Shown piece by piece: positions 51,243 to 64,000 of a DNA stretch of 64,000 bases; position 1 is the first letter of the stretch, and each line of letters starts with the position of its first letter. Position numbers and translations under genes: made by a program. The notes beneath the pieces are model-generated. The model did not search any database, was not told the origin of the DNA, and was given only the letters and a program-made list of their open reading frames with translations. This DNA is from Haliotis cracherodii. Lineage: Eukaryota. The stretch is taken from the NCBI RefSeq assembly GCF_022045235.1, contig NW_027266273.1, positions 28,830,001 to 28,894,000 of the forward strand, written 5' to 3'.

Positions 51243-53325
51243 TCAGTATAAAATGTGTTTACTCAGCTTATCGGCGACAGTAATTGATAACCGGCTATCA
51301 TGAGTTTCACCAGGACCCCTTTCACCAGAATATACTACAGTGGGCCTACTTCCCAGAGTACATCGGGTTACCCTTGCAAAGGGTCCACTGGTGTCTGGGT
51401 CATGCACTGATGATAGCACATCTTCATACAGCTGCTGGATGGGGGTTACATCAACTGGCACACGATGTCTGGGCTGCTGGATGGGTGTTACATCCACTGG
51501 CACACGTTGTCTCGGGCTGCTGGATGGGTGTAACATCCACTGTCACACGTTGTCTCGGGCTGCTGGATGGGTGTTACGTCCACAGGTACACGTTGTCTCA
51601 GGCTGCTGGATGGGTGTTACATCCACTGGTATACGATGTCTCGGGCTGCTGGATGTGTGTTACATCCACAGGTACACGTTGTCTCAGGCTGCTGGATGGG
51701 TGTTACATCCACTGGTATACGATGTCTCGGGCTGCTGGATGTGTGTTACATCCACTGGCACACGTTGTCTCAGGCTGCTGGATGGGTGTTACATCCACAG
51801 GTACACGTTGTCTCAGGCTGCTGGATGGGTGTTACATCCACTGGCACACGTTGTCTCAGGCTGCTGGATGGATGGGTGTTACATCCACTGGCATACGTTG
51901 TCTCGGGCTGCTGGATGGGTGTTACATCAACTGGCACATGTTGTCTCGGGCTGCTGGATGGGTGTTACATCCACTGACACACGTTGACTCAGGCTGCTGG
52001 ATGGGTGTTACATCCACAGGTACACGTTGTTTCAGGCTGCTGGATGGGTGTTACATCAACTGGCACATGTTGACTCAGGCTGCTGGATGGGTGTTACATC
52101 AACTGGCACATGTTGACTCAGGCTGCTGGATGGGTGTTACATCCACTGGCACACGATGTCTCAGGCTGCTGGATGGCTGTTACATCCACTGGCACACGTT
52201 GTCTCGGGCTGCTGGATGGGTGTTACATCAACTGGCACATGTTGTCTCAGGCTGCTGGATGGGTGTTACATCCACTGGCACACGTTGTCTGGGGCTGCTG
52301 GATGGGTGTTACATCAACTGGCACACGTTGTCTCAGGCTGCTGGATGGGTGTTACATCCACTGGCACACGATGTCTCAGGCTGCTGGATGGCTGTTACAT
52401 CAACTGGCACACGTTGTCTCAGGCTGCTGGATGGCTGTTACATCCACTGGCACACGATGTCTCAGGCTGCTGGATGGCTGTTACATCCACTGGCACACGT
52501 CGTCTCGGGCTGCTGGATGGGTGTTACATCAACTGGCACATGTTGTCTCGGGCTGCTGGATGGGTGTTACATCAACTGGCACATGTTGTCTCGGGCTGCT
52601 GGATGGGTGTTACATCAACTGGCACACGTTGTCTCAGGCTGCTGGATGGGTGTTACATCCACTGGCACACGATGTCTCAGGCTGCTGGATGGCTGTTACA
52701 TCAACTGGCACACGTCGTCTCAGGCTGCTGGATGGGTGTTACATCAACTGGCACATGTTGTCTCGGGCTGCTGGATGGGTGTTACATCAACTGGCACATG
52801 TTGTCTCGGGCTGCTGGATGGGTGTTACATCAACTGGCACATGTTGTCTCGGGCTGCTGGATGGGTGTTACATCCACTGGTACACGTTGTCTCGGGCTGC
52901 TGAGGAGACGTAGCTGCTCTTCTGACTCCACTCGTGGATGGTTGTGTTCTAACGCTGATCTGATGAAATCGCCAAGACTGGTGCATCGACCTTTAGGCCT
53001 TGAATGCACGTGCCTCCAGTGTATTGCAGCCTGACGTCCCACGTGGAGACGGTAACGGTAACCTCCATGGACATCTTTGCTCAGCTGAAGAACTGACTTG
53101 TTTGAACAGTGATAAGTAGTTAATTCCTCAACTATGTTTTTTAAGTTACTAACATTTTATACATGAAGCTGCAACAGTACAAGTCTGACTTTACTGGGCA
53201 ACAGATATTAAAACAGTCAATAGTGGTTCAGTCCATTTACATGAATAGGGATGAAACTGAGTTCCCAATGTGCCTACATTATTTTCTGTAGGCAAATTGG
53301 GATGTAGGCACAATGGGTTTGAACC
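51243..53325 (-). mobile_element. Mutator (MULE)-like transposon relic with FLYWCH-like N-terminus, split by a minisatellite
   Basis: GGYRYRLHVGRQAAIHWRHVHSRPKGRC...HNHP (FLYWCH-like, two Cys lost), then PIQQLYEDV. TIR-like end with CCCA..TGCCTAC subrepeats at 53262-53325. Confidence 0.65.
51431..52902. repeat. 43-bp minisatellite (GCTGCTGGATGGGTGTTACATCCACTGGCACACGTTGTCTCAG), ~34 units
   Basis: Direct reading; internal TGGATG/CATCCA hairpin. Confidence 0.97.
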
Positions 53326-53749
53326 GTCAACGTGGGACTAACCCAGTCACGTGACATATCACAAGTTTACCTCAGCTCAATCGAACAGCTGTTTGCTATC
53401 AATTTTGAATTTGTTGTAATTATTTTACAATATCATTTGAACACATATGGATAATATAAATTCGTTGTGGTGGGGTCATTCGGGTGCATGTGGTTTTATG
53501 CATTTCTCGTTAGGTTTGTATTGTTCGTTGTTACTCATTGTATCGTGTAGGTCGTTGTCCTGTTTGTACCAGCTGATGGTTTGTGATATCTATCACACTC
53601 ATTAGAGATTGTAAAAAACGTTACATGACAAAACATTGTGAGACGCGTGAAAACAGCCTGATACTTCCATTCCATGACTCAATACAAAGTCTATCATGCC
53701 TGATAAGGAGGCTTCAACAAGAAACTATTTAGGATAAATACTGCATCAT

Positions 53750-55130
53750 TCCTTGGAATGCAGATGTATATTTGACTGGATACTGTGAGGTATACAGATG
53801 TATATTTGCCAGAATAATGTCAGGTATACAGATGTATATTTGCCAGGATAATGTGAGGTATACAGGTGTATATTTGCCAGGATGATGTGAGGTATAGAGA
53901 TATATATTTGTCACGATAATGTGAAGTATACAGATGTATATTTACCTGGATAATGTGAGGTGTACAGATATATACTTGCCTGGATAATGTGAGGTATACA
54001 TATATACATTTGCCTGGATAATGTGAGGTATACCTGAATAATGTGAGGTATACAGATTTATACTTGCCTGGATAATGTGAGGTATACATATATACATTTG
54101 CCTGGATAATGTGAGGTATACCTGAATAATGTGAGGTATACAAATATATACTTGCCTGGATAATGTGAGGTATACAGATGTATACGTGCCTGGATTATGT
54201 GAGGTATACAAATATATACTTGCCAGGATAATGTGAGGTATTCAGATATATACTTGCCAGGATAATGTGAGGTATACATATATATATTTGTTAGGATAAT
54301 GTGAGGTACGCCTGGATAATGTGAGGTATACATATATATATTTGTTAGGATAATGTGAGGTATGCCTGGATAATTTGAGGTATACAGATATATACTTGCC
54401 AGAATAATGTGAGGTATACAGGTATACTTTTGCCAGGATAATGTGAGGTATACAGATATATATTTGCCAGGGTAATGTGAGGTATACAGATATATACTTG
54501 CCAGGATAATGTGAGGTATACATATATACATTTGCCTGGATAATGTGAGGTATACAGCTGATACGTGCCTGGATTATGTGAGGTATACAAATATATACTC
54601 TCCATGATAATATGTGGTATTCAGATATATACTTGCCAGGATATTGTGAGGTATACAGATATATATTTGTTAGGATAATGTGAGGTATGCCTGGATAATG
54701 TGAGGTATACATATATATATTTGTTAGGATAATGTGAGATATGCCTGGATAATGCGAGGTATACAAATATATACTTGCCTGGATAATGTGAGGTATACAG
54801 ATATATACTTGCCAGGATAATGTGAGGTATACAGTTATATATTTGTTAGGATAATGTGAGGTATGCCTGGATAATGTGAGGTATACAGATATATACTTGC
54901 CAGGCTAATGTGAGGTATGCAGATGTACATTTGCCAGGATAATGTGAGGTATACAGATAGTTATTTGCCAAGGTAATGTGAGGTATACAGATATATACTT
55001 GCCATGATAATGTGAGGTATACAGATGTTTATTTGCCAGGATGATGTCAGGTATACAGGTATATAGTTGACAGGATGATTTGTGATGTACAGATATAAAG
55101 TTGCTATGATAATGTGAGGTATACAGATAT
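53750..55130. repeat. 34-bp minisatellite (GGATAATGTGAGGTATACAGATATATACTTGCCA) with shorter deletion variants
   Basis: Direct reading. Confidence 0.96.
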
Positions 55131-56452
55131 TGTGTTCATGACGTACTTAGCAACAATGTAGCTGTCTAGTGTGCTGCTGTATTCATGACGTACTTAGCAA
55201 CAATGTAGCTGTCTGTAGTGCGCTGTTGTGTTCATGACGTACTAAGCCACAATGTAGCTGTCTAGTGTGCTGCTGTATTCATGACGTACTTAGCAACAAT
55301 GTAGCTGTCTGTAGTGCGCTGCTATGTTCACGACGTACTTAGCAACAATGTAGCTATCTGTAGTGCGCTGTTGTGTTCATGACGTACTTAGCCACAATGT
55401 AGCTGTCTAGTGCGCTGCTGTATTCATGACGTACTTAGCAGCAATGTAGCTGTCTGTAGTGCGCTGCTATGTTCATGACGTACTTAGCAACAATGTAGCT
55501 ATCTGTAGTGTGCTCCTGTGTTCATGACGTACTTAGCCACAATGAAGCTGTCTGTAGTGCGCTGCTATGTTCATGACGTACTTAGCCACAATGAAGCTGT
55601 CTATAGTGTGTTGCTCTGTCCATGACATACTTAGCCAAAATGTAGCTGTCTAGTGCGCTGCTGTGTTCATGACGTACTAAGCCACAATGAAGCTGTCTGT
55701 AGTGTGCTGCTCTGTTCATGACGTACTTAACCACAATGTAGCTGTCTAGTGCGCTGCTGTGTTCATGACGTACTTAGCCACAATGAAGCTGTCTGTAGTG
55801 TGCTGCTCTGTTCATGACGTACTTAGCCACACTGAAGCTGTCTAGTGCGCTGCTGTGTTCATGACGTACTTAGCCACAATGAAGCTGTATGTAGTGCGCT
55901 GCTGTGTTCATGACGTACTTAGCCACAATGAAGCTGTCTGTAGTGTGCTGCTCTGTTCATGACATACTTAGCCACACTGAAGCTGTCTAGTGCGCTGCTG
56001 TGTTCATGACGTACTTAGCCACAATGAAGCTGTCTGTAGTGCGCTGCTGTGTTCATGATGTACTTAGCCACAATGAAGCTGTCTGTAGTGTGCTGCTCTG
56101 TTCATGACGTACTTAGCCAAAATGTAGCTGTCTAGTGCGCTGCTGTGTTCATGACGTACTTAGCCACAATGTAGCTGTCTGTAGTGTGCTGCTCTGTTCA
56201 TGACGTACTTAGCCACAATGTAGCTGTCCAGTGTGCTGCTGTGTTCATGACGTACTAAGCCACAATGAAGCTGTCTGTAGTGTGCTGCTCTGTTCATGAC
56301 GTACTTAACCACACTGAGCTGTCTAGTGCGCTGCTGTGTTCATGACGTATTTAGCCACAATGAAGCTGTCTGTGGTGTGCTGCTCTGTTCATGATGTACT
56401 TAGCCACAATGGAGCTGTCTAGTGCGCTGCTGTGATGTTCATGACGTACTTA
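55131..56452. repeat. 47/49-bp minisatellite (TTCATGACGTACTTAGCCACAATGTAGCTGTCT[GT]AGTGCGCTGCTGTG)
   Basis: Direct reading; directly abuts the previous array. Confidence 0.96.
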
Positions 56453-57104
56453 AACAGACTGTAACTGGCTGTGGTGCCCTGCTCAAGATCTTTCAGTAAA
56501 AGAAAATTCAGTTGAGCACGACCGATTGACTAAACAGCATGTTGACAACTTCTCTTCTTGCCTGTCACAGGCGCAGTTGCAACATTTGGTCATCCCTGTT
56601 ATTGTTGCGGTATCATTTAATGATGCTTTAGCTGCGGTTTAATTGATGACGTTATCGCTACAGTATTGATTAATGATATTATTGTTACGACAATAATTAA
56701 TGATGGTATTACTACGGTATCAATGAATGATTGTATGGCTACACTTATAATTAATCATGGTTATGAGATGTCGGCATTGTGTCACGAGTGCAAGCTTGTG
56801 TACACGAAGACGAAACACTACAAAGACAATTCTAAAACCGATGTCCTAGTGAGAAGGCTGTGCTCGGTACTTACAAGGAGAAACGTCAGCCGCCATAACA
56901 GATGCGCTTCGTGTTACGAGGAAATCAATGGTTTCATGTCAAGAAAACCAAAGAGATGCCACTCGAGGAGATTCAAAAGAATTGCCCATCAATTAAACAG
57001 ACAAAACGAATAAAAGCGACAAAACCTTTTCTATATTCATAAGAAATCGTTACTAAAAGCTGAATCCGTTGACGATTCCGACAGAGCAGGTGTTAATGAA
57101 TAAC

Positions 57105-57365
57105 CATGAAATAGTGATGCCACCAGGTGTTTACGAAAAGGTGAGCGTACCCTGCCCTACCGTCAACCGGCACAAACACATGCAAATCCAAGTCAAATGT
57201 TCACGTGAAAAAACTCGGAAACATTTGGTACAAGTAAGAACAAGGAATTGTGTCTGACATAATTTTGGTCACTGATGCGTTAAATTTGGACAACTCCTCA
57301 CCCTGCCTGTAGTACAACATGTTGAAAGCTTAACTAAGGCCTTGGGTGCTGTAATCTTGCAATCA
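57105..57365 (-). mobile_element. Penelope-like element 3' fragment
   Basis: Co-linear homology with 61350-61600 (CCAGGTGTT..GAAAAGGTGAGCG..CACAAACACATGCAA..GTCACTGATGCGT). Confidence 0.75.
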
Positions 57366-57746
57366 AGAGTCGAATGCATTGTCCATGTCCCTGCTCCTTC
57401 GACAGCATGAATAAGTTACATCAGAAGAGGTTATTATTCTGAAACGTGTTGTGTAACGTGTAGCCTTTTGCTAACGATTGCTGTTTTTCACACACATTTT
57501 ACGTTTTACGAGTGATCTAATGTCTTATTCAGAAGTCGTTCGAGCCGGGTAGTGCCACGACATTGTTCCGGCAGCAGCAGTGATCAATGACACAATCCTT
57601 CAGTGAAAGCATCAATAGTGATTCTGCGCAGCAAACATGACACGCTCCAAGTGAAAGTACATAGGCATACTGTGGCTACACCGGGAGTGTGGATAACAGT
57701 CTGTGAGTCTGTCTAGTTTCCAGCATTATCACTCAGGGACACCAAG

Positions 57747-57900
57747 TGAGTGAGTATGGTTTTACGCCGCTTTTAGCAATATTCCAGCAATATCACGACA
57801 GGGGACACCGGAAAATGGGCTTCACACATTGTACCCATGTCGGGAATCTAACCCGGGTCTTCGGTGTGACGAGCTAAGGCTTTAACCACCCGACCGCCAC
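57747..57900 (-). mobile_element. SINE family B with 13-bp TSD
   Basis: TSD CAGGGACACCAAG (57734-46 / 57901-13); small deletion in the A box. Confidence 0.93.
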
Positions 57901-58111
57901 CAGGGACACCAAGATGTAGGACTTCTGACAAGGTGTAACCATGGTTGATACACTTTTGGCGCCAATGTGGGTCAAGAAGTCAACAACTGCACGACTGTTC
58001 AGGGTATTGCGACCTTCATCAGTAGTTGATGAATCCTTGTATCACTGAGGGTGGACTTCAAGCCAGAATGTGACTGCATGCAACACGTGGGGTGAACGTT
58101 GATGACGTAAG

Positions 58112-58280
58112 TGAGTGAGTGAGTGAGTATGGTTTTACGCCGCTTTTAGCAATATTCCAGCAATATCACGGCGGGGGACACTAGAAATGGGCTTCACACA
58201 TTGTACCCATATCGGGAATCGAACCCGGGTCTTCGGCGTGACGAGCTAACGCTTTAACCACTAGGCTACCCGACCGCCCC
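58112..58280 (-). mobile_element. SINE family B, intact, with 13-bp TSD
   Basis: TSD TTGATGACGTAAG (58099-111 / 58281-93); A box TAGCCTAGTGG, B box GGTTCGATTCC. Confidence 0.95.
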
Positions 58281-60214
58281 TTGATGACGTAAGACAGTTT
58301 AAGGTTACCATCGACATCGTAGTGTGTCTTCCATAAAGAACGACAAAAGTCACAAGTGTATAGTTAAAGCTGTGTAGGGGTTAAAGCGCAAACGTCGTGT
58401 CCTCCAGACAGAACTCTAGCTCTCAGCAGGACGCATGTGCCAAGATGAGAAAGCAGTTGATACGGGTGATAGGGTTTTGCAATGCGGAGTGAAAACGACC
58501 CTGCCGACCCTGTTTCAGGTGTAGTTTCTCGGCAGGTACCTAAGTCTTTTCACGTCGCCTGTAAACTTGAAGTACGAAGTGTTTTTGAATCCGACTCTGA
58601 CCTGTTTAGTAAATCCCTCCCCATCATTCCCCGTCTCCTGGCGTGAAGACCTGAGGGGAGTGCCCAATCACTTGTTGCCGCTTCCCGCCACCATGGGTGA
58701 CGCATCACCTGCACCCTAAAGTCCATCAGAGTGGGTGGACACAACTAAAGATTCTCACACTTTTCCGAAACCACGCCAATCTCTACTTGACGCCTTTCTA
58801 CAACCATGTAAAGAAAGACTGCGTTGAGAAACTCGACGAATAAATATAGAAGTCACGCGTCTACCGCCACAATTAGAAATACGGGAGTGTCAAGGATTCT
58901 TGCGAGCAGTCTCAACAGTTTAATGGCCGACAGTAGTTAGCTGATCTGGAAATGACAGTCACTCTGTGTCTGCAGGCCTTCGTCAGGTGGCGCTGTCTGT
59001 CACTGTCTGTCACTGCTGCCTGGCGCAGATCAAGAACCAAACGACAATGCTCACATCACACCTTGTGCTTGCGCATGCGTGGTAGATCAATGCAGTCCGC
59101 CTCCGATACTGGCTGGGTAGAGGTCTGTGATCAATAGCCATAGCATAACATGCCTTGGATGAGACTGGAGCGCTACTAACTAGCGGATTAGTTTGGATTA
59201 AGTCCTTTTATAGTGGATCATCCGCCAGTAGACAGAGAAAAGGGAATATCCATGGATTTACTGGACTTACCTGGTGAGGATGATTATAAACTCTTCCTTG
59301 TCTAGCTAATGTACATGGATTCACTTGCTACTTAAGTTTGACAGTTATTACTATACTAGGCTACCATTGTCTTGAATCATCACTACTGACTAACAAATCA
59401 ATACGTTGTGTTGTAAATGATCGTCAACAATGAAAAGATTAAATCAACCCTGAGACTTTGAAAAAAACTATGCATTGTGATTGTTTGCATCCGCTCGGGA
59501 AATGCATCACCGAGTCTGTGAGCGATTTGTACAAACATTTCAACAAGCTTTGAATAAAACTGCTCTTGTAGATTTGAACGATATTTCGCCGCTTGTTGAA
59601 TAACGTTCATTGAATTCTTTTGGTTCACCAAAACGTGTTTCACTTGTGCTATTGATTTGGGGTGAACAAAAAAGTATACTAAACTCTTCGTCAGTGATTA
59701 CTGCTCACCTTTTAGGACAGCTGTGCAGTGATTTGCACGCGCCAGCAGGGTCAGGAGTAGGCTGGGAGATCGCTCTGCTGTGATTCAACACCTTACCATA
59801 TACAGCCAGCCTTGTAGGATGGGGAAATCGCTGCGCATCAACTTAGGTGAACATTTCATTTGAGTTAATTAGTTCCACATACATGTACGTGTTCCTGCTT
59901 CTAACGCTGCATTCGATCGTCACTTTAACCTGATGTGACTTTACACCGTTATGTAAACATAGTATGTTGCATTTACTAAGTTAGTTTTATCGACATATAG
60001 ACAGCTATGTAAATATTTGAGTTTATTTCTGGTGAATCTATTGCTGACGGGTTTTACGTAATAAATCATTAACTGTAGGCTCGGTTGAATTACCATCATG
60101 ACACGATAAATAAATTATATAAATGTAATTCCTTTTTTGATATCTTTTTACAGGCATAACTATGTTGCACGTTTTATATAAATGTTAACTGTGTTCTATT
60201 AAATAAACGATAAA

Positions 60215-60395
60215 AAGACGTTAAAAGATGGTACTCGGCGCTCGGAATTACGGGTCAAACACTAGGACTGGTCGGCTCGGAGTCAGTATCGATGGGGTAC
60301 ACGGGGTATCCATGTTAAACTGTGGCATTGTACCTCAGTTTGCTAGCACTAAAAAATCGGCATTAGTGCGGACTGGAACAAGCAGCCACACACAC
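60215..60395 (+). mobile_element. SINE family D fragment
   Basis: Homologous to 15125-15312 and to the outer element at 6225-7000. Confidence 0.65.
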
Positions 60396-60852
60396 CTCAC
60401 CTTTAACTTGTAACAATATTACCATACTCGCATGCCTCATGCCCGGGACCCAGGTGGAATGCCATTCTTAATCTGTTATTTTTAATATATGTCGACGCGC
60501 CCTTATTTATTTATTTTGAGAAGCAAGTCCTTCTGCTTCTGGTCCAGTGAACCGTTTCCCCGTCTTGTATATGTAACAGTAAGAACCTCCGTCTTGTGCC
60601 TTGATGCATCATGTGGTCCCCCATGTGACACATCGCAGGTTCGCATTATTTGATGAACACAGATAAAAAAACAACAATGCAATATGTTTTTTTTAATTGC
60701 ACTGCCATGATGGCAGCTCGGCGATTACTCACACACACGCTTTGATATTACGCTAGTTGCGTCCCGGCCCCACACTGTAGGACATTGCGGAGGGGGAGCG
60801 AGGGGAGGGGAGCACATATTTCACTGACATGTTTCGGTTGGCGTTGTGTATT

Positions 60853-61069
60853 GCGATTCGCTGTGCAGAGTTGCGTCCCTTGGGCACGCCAGAAACCTAT
60901 GGTTCTGGGTTCGAATCCTTGTTCACCCCGATTATGTATCTAGGTTTGTCAGCACCATACCCGTGCTCGTGGGTTTCACTGAAGTGGTAAACGTCTGAGA
61001 CCTGCATCACTTTGGGCTTTCCTCCCGTTAAACCCAACTCACTCACTCACTCACTCACTCACTCACTCA
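60853..61069 (+). mobile_element. SINE family C, 5'-truncated with an internal deletion
   Basis: Matches the reverse complement of 37441-37703; (ACTC)8 tail. Confidence 0.9.
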
Positions 61070-61314
61070 ACAACAGATAAAATTCACCCTTCACATGTCC
61101 TGCAAATTCAGTGCTAGCTATCCTAACCATGGATTTCAGAATTCAATGTATCTCTTCGTCGACAATGTCCTCATTCAATCGTTTTTGTTGAGAACTATGA
61201 TGGTATCAACAGATTGCCGTGATAAACACAGAATTACTGCAAAGAAAAGCGACAAACCCCTTTCCACATTAAATAGAAATCTCTGCTAAAAGCAGAGTCG
61301 GTTTACGATTCCCA

Positions 61315-61790
61315 CTATGTCATAAGCATGTGTTTATGAATCACTATGAGGTAGTGATGGGACCAGGTGTTCGCGAAAAGGTGAGCGAATCCTGCCCCAC
61401 TGGTTGCATCCGTCACAAACACATGCAAGGGCAAGTCATCTCTCCTAAAACAGACACCGGAACATATAGGGTCAAAATAAATTGCATCGGTCATTCTTCT
61501 CGTCACTGATGCGTCAAACTTAGACATCTCCTCCACATGTCTACCACAGCATTTCTTGAAGACTTTACTGGGACCTTGAATGTTGTAACCTTGATCAAAC
61601 AACTTTTGAGTATCATGACGCTCTTTGAAATCTTGGTAGAAAGAGCATGCCCGATTGTATCTTAAGACTTGTGAAAATGTAGGCACCAAAGGCTGGAACT
61701 GCTGGAATATTGCTTGACATGAAAGGGAATCTTGACTTTGGAAAAGTTGTAAGCTTGAATGTTGCAATAAAAAGTCCATCCGCTACTTCT
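61315..61790 (-). mobile_element. Penelope-like retroelement RT C-terminus plus 3' UTR
   Basis: FPFMSSNIPAVPAFGAYI / SQVLRYNRACSFYQDFKERH..KLFDQGY..FKK...RH..SKFDASV, typical of PLE RT C-termini; frameshifted. Confidence 0.85.
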
Positions 61791-61879
61791 GTCGACTTCT
61801 TTATTGCATCACGATAATATCATATAATCTTTCGTCCTTCCTGCTGTCGTAACGGTTAACAATGTTTACTAAATACCTT

Positions 61880-64000
61880 GCCGCCTACAGCTTGTAACCA
61901 ACACTCTACCACGTGTAACCAATACTCATAGCTGAACCAACAATCTACCACTTGAAACCAAGCATGTACCATTTGTAAAAAACAATGTACCACTTGTAAC
62001 CAACAGTCTACCACTTGTAACCAACAGTCTACCACTTGTAACCAACAGTCAACCACTTGTAGCCAACTGTCTCCCTCTTGTAGCCAACATTCTACCGCTT
62101 GTAACCTACATTCTACCGCATGTAACCTACATTCTACCGCATGTTACCGGCATTCTACCGCTTGTAACCAAAATTCTACCGCTTGGAACAAAACAGTCTC
62201 CATCTTGTAGCCAACATTCTACCGCATGTAACCAACATTCTACCATTGTAACCAACATTCTGCCGCTTGTAACCAACATTCTACCGCATGTAACCAACAT
62301 TGTACCATTGCAACAAACATTCTACCGCATGTAACAAACATTCTACCGCTTTTAACCAATATTCAACCGTTGTACCCAACAGTTTGCGCTTGTAACCAAC
62401 ATTCTACCGTTGTTACAAACATTGTACCGCAGGTAACCAACATTGTACCGTTGCAACCAACATTCTACCGTTGTAACCAGCATTGTACCACTTGTAACCA
62501 ACATTGTACTGTTGCAACCAACAGTCTCCCTCTTGTATTCAACATTGTACCGCTTGTAACCAACAGTCTCCCGCTTGTAACCTACATTCTACCGCTTGTA
62601 ACCAACAGGCTACCGCTTGTCACCTACATTCTACCGTTGCAACCAACAGCCTACCGCTTGTAACCTACATTCTACCGCTTGTAACCAACAGCCTACCGCT
62701 TGTAACCTACATTCTACCGCTTGTAACCAACAGTCTCCCTCTTGTAACCAACATTGTACCATTGCAACCAACATTCAACCGTTGTAACCCACATTCTACC
62801 GTTGTAACCAACATTGTACCTCTTGTTCCCAATATTCTACCGTTGTAGCCAACAGTCTCCCTCTTGTATCCAACATTCTACCGTTGCAACCAACATTCTA
62901 CCGTTTTAACCAGCATTCTACCGTCGTAACCAACAGTCTCCCTCTTGTAGACAACATTGTACAGTTGCAACCAACAGTCTACCGCTTTTAACCAACATTG
63001 TACCGTTGCAACCAACATTCTACCGCTTGTAACCTACATTTTACCGCTTGTAACCAACATTCTACCTCTTGTTATTAACATTCTACCATTTGTAGCCAAC
63101 AGTCTCCCGCTTGTAACTAACGTCCTACCTCTTGTAACCAATATTCTACCGTTGTCGCCAACAGTCTCCCTCTTGTATTCAACATTGTACCGCTTGTAAC
63201 CAACAGTCTCCCGCTTGTAACCAACGGTCTACCGCTTGTAACCTATATTCTACCGCTTGTAACCAACAGCCTACCGCTTGTAACCTATATTCTACCGCTT
63301 GTAACCAACAGCCTACCGCTTGTAACCTACATTCTACCGCTTGTAACCTACAGTCTACCGCTTGTAACCAACATTCTACCACTTGTAATCAACACTGTCC
63401 CGCTTGCTACTAACATTCTACCGTAGTAACCAAAAGTCTTCCGCATGTAACCTTTATAATAGTACTTGTAACCAACAGTCTACCGCTTGTAACTGACATT
63501 CTGCCGATGATAACCAACAGTCTCCCGCTTTTAACCAACATTCTACTGCTTGTAACCAACAGTCTACCGCTTGTTACTGACATTCTGCCGATGGTAACCA
63601 ACAGTCTCTCGCTTTTAACCAACAGTCTCCCGCTTTTAACCAACAGTCTACCGCTTGTAACCAACAGTCTACCGCTTGTAACCAACAGGATCCCGCTTGT
63701 AACCAACAGTCTCCCGCTTGCAACCAACATTCTACCACTTGTAACCAACAGGCTCCCGCTTGAAACCTACATTCTACCACTTGTAACCAACAGTCTCCCG
63801 CTTGTAAGTAACATTCTACCACTTGTAACCAACAGGCTCCCGCTTGAAACCAACATTCTACCACTTGTAACCAACAGTCTCCCGCTTGTAACCAACATTC
63901 TACCACTTGTAACCAACAGTCTCCCGCTTGTAAGTAACATTCTACCGCTTGTAACCAACAGTCTCCCGCTTGTAACCAACATTCTACCACTTGTAACCAA
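61880..64000. repeat. 21-bp minisatellite (TTGTAACCAACATTCTACCGC), runs off the window end
   Basis: Direct reading. Confidence 0.97.

Noticed and set aside
51284-53034. 539, 292 and 267 aa plus-strand ORFs
   Set aside because: Translations of the 43-bp array; the meaningful frame is the minus-strand MULE relic
58190-58280. tRNA-Asp(GTC)-like gene
   Set aside because: It is the head of SINE family B: multi-copy, with TSDs and tail, and no proper acceptor stem
58975-59085. CTCF-like (CAGGTGGCGC) and NRF1-like (TGCGCATGCG) motifs
   Set aside because: Short motifs expected by chance; no associated gene or other evidence

Overview
Repeat-dominated, AT-rich animal genomic DNA with one assembly gap (N 4823-5037). 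The SINE and Penelope repeat types suggest a mollusc, plausibly a gastropod such as abalone (inference only). No intact cellular gene can be supported. About a third of the window (~20 kb) is minisatellite, and all the very long ORFs in the track (1322, 1228, 539 aa etc.) are artefacts of these arrays. The rest is a transposon graveyard. It holds two decayed Tc1 elements, one mariner (DD34D), a DIRS-like relic, a 5'-truncated R4/Dong LINE sitting in a TAA microsatellite, RTE-X/RTE-like LINE relics, three Penelope-like 3' fragments, a FLYWCH-Mutator relic split by a minisatellite born from its own ORF, and at least five SINE families. Highlights: (i) a triple-nested SINE stack whose inner member has a chimeric tRNA/5S head plus a Deu-like core; (ii) a SINE family with no visible Pol III boxes whose 5' end folds into a pseudoknot (candidate ribozyme-headed retroposon); (iii) a 234-bp fold-back element carrying a Penelope-type variant hammerhead motif; (iv) minisatellite birth inside a transposase gene.
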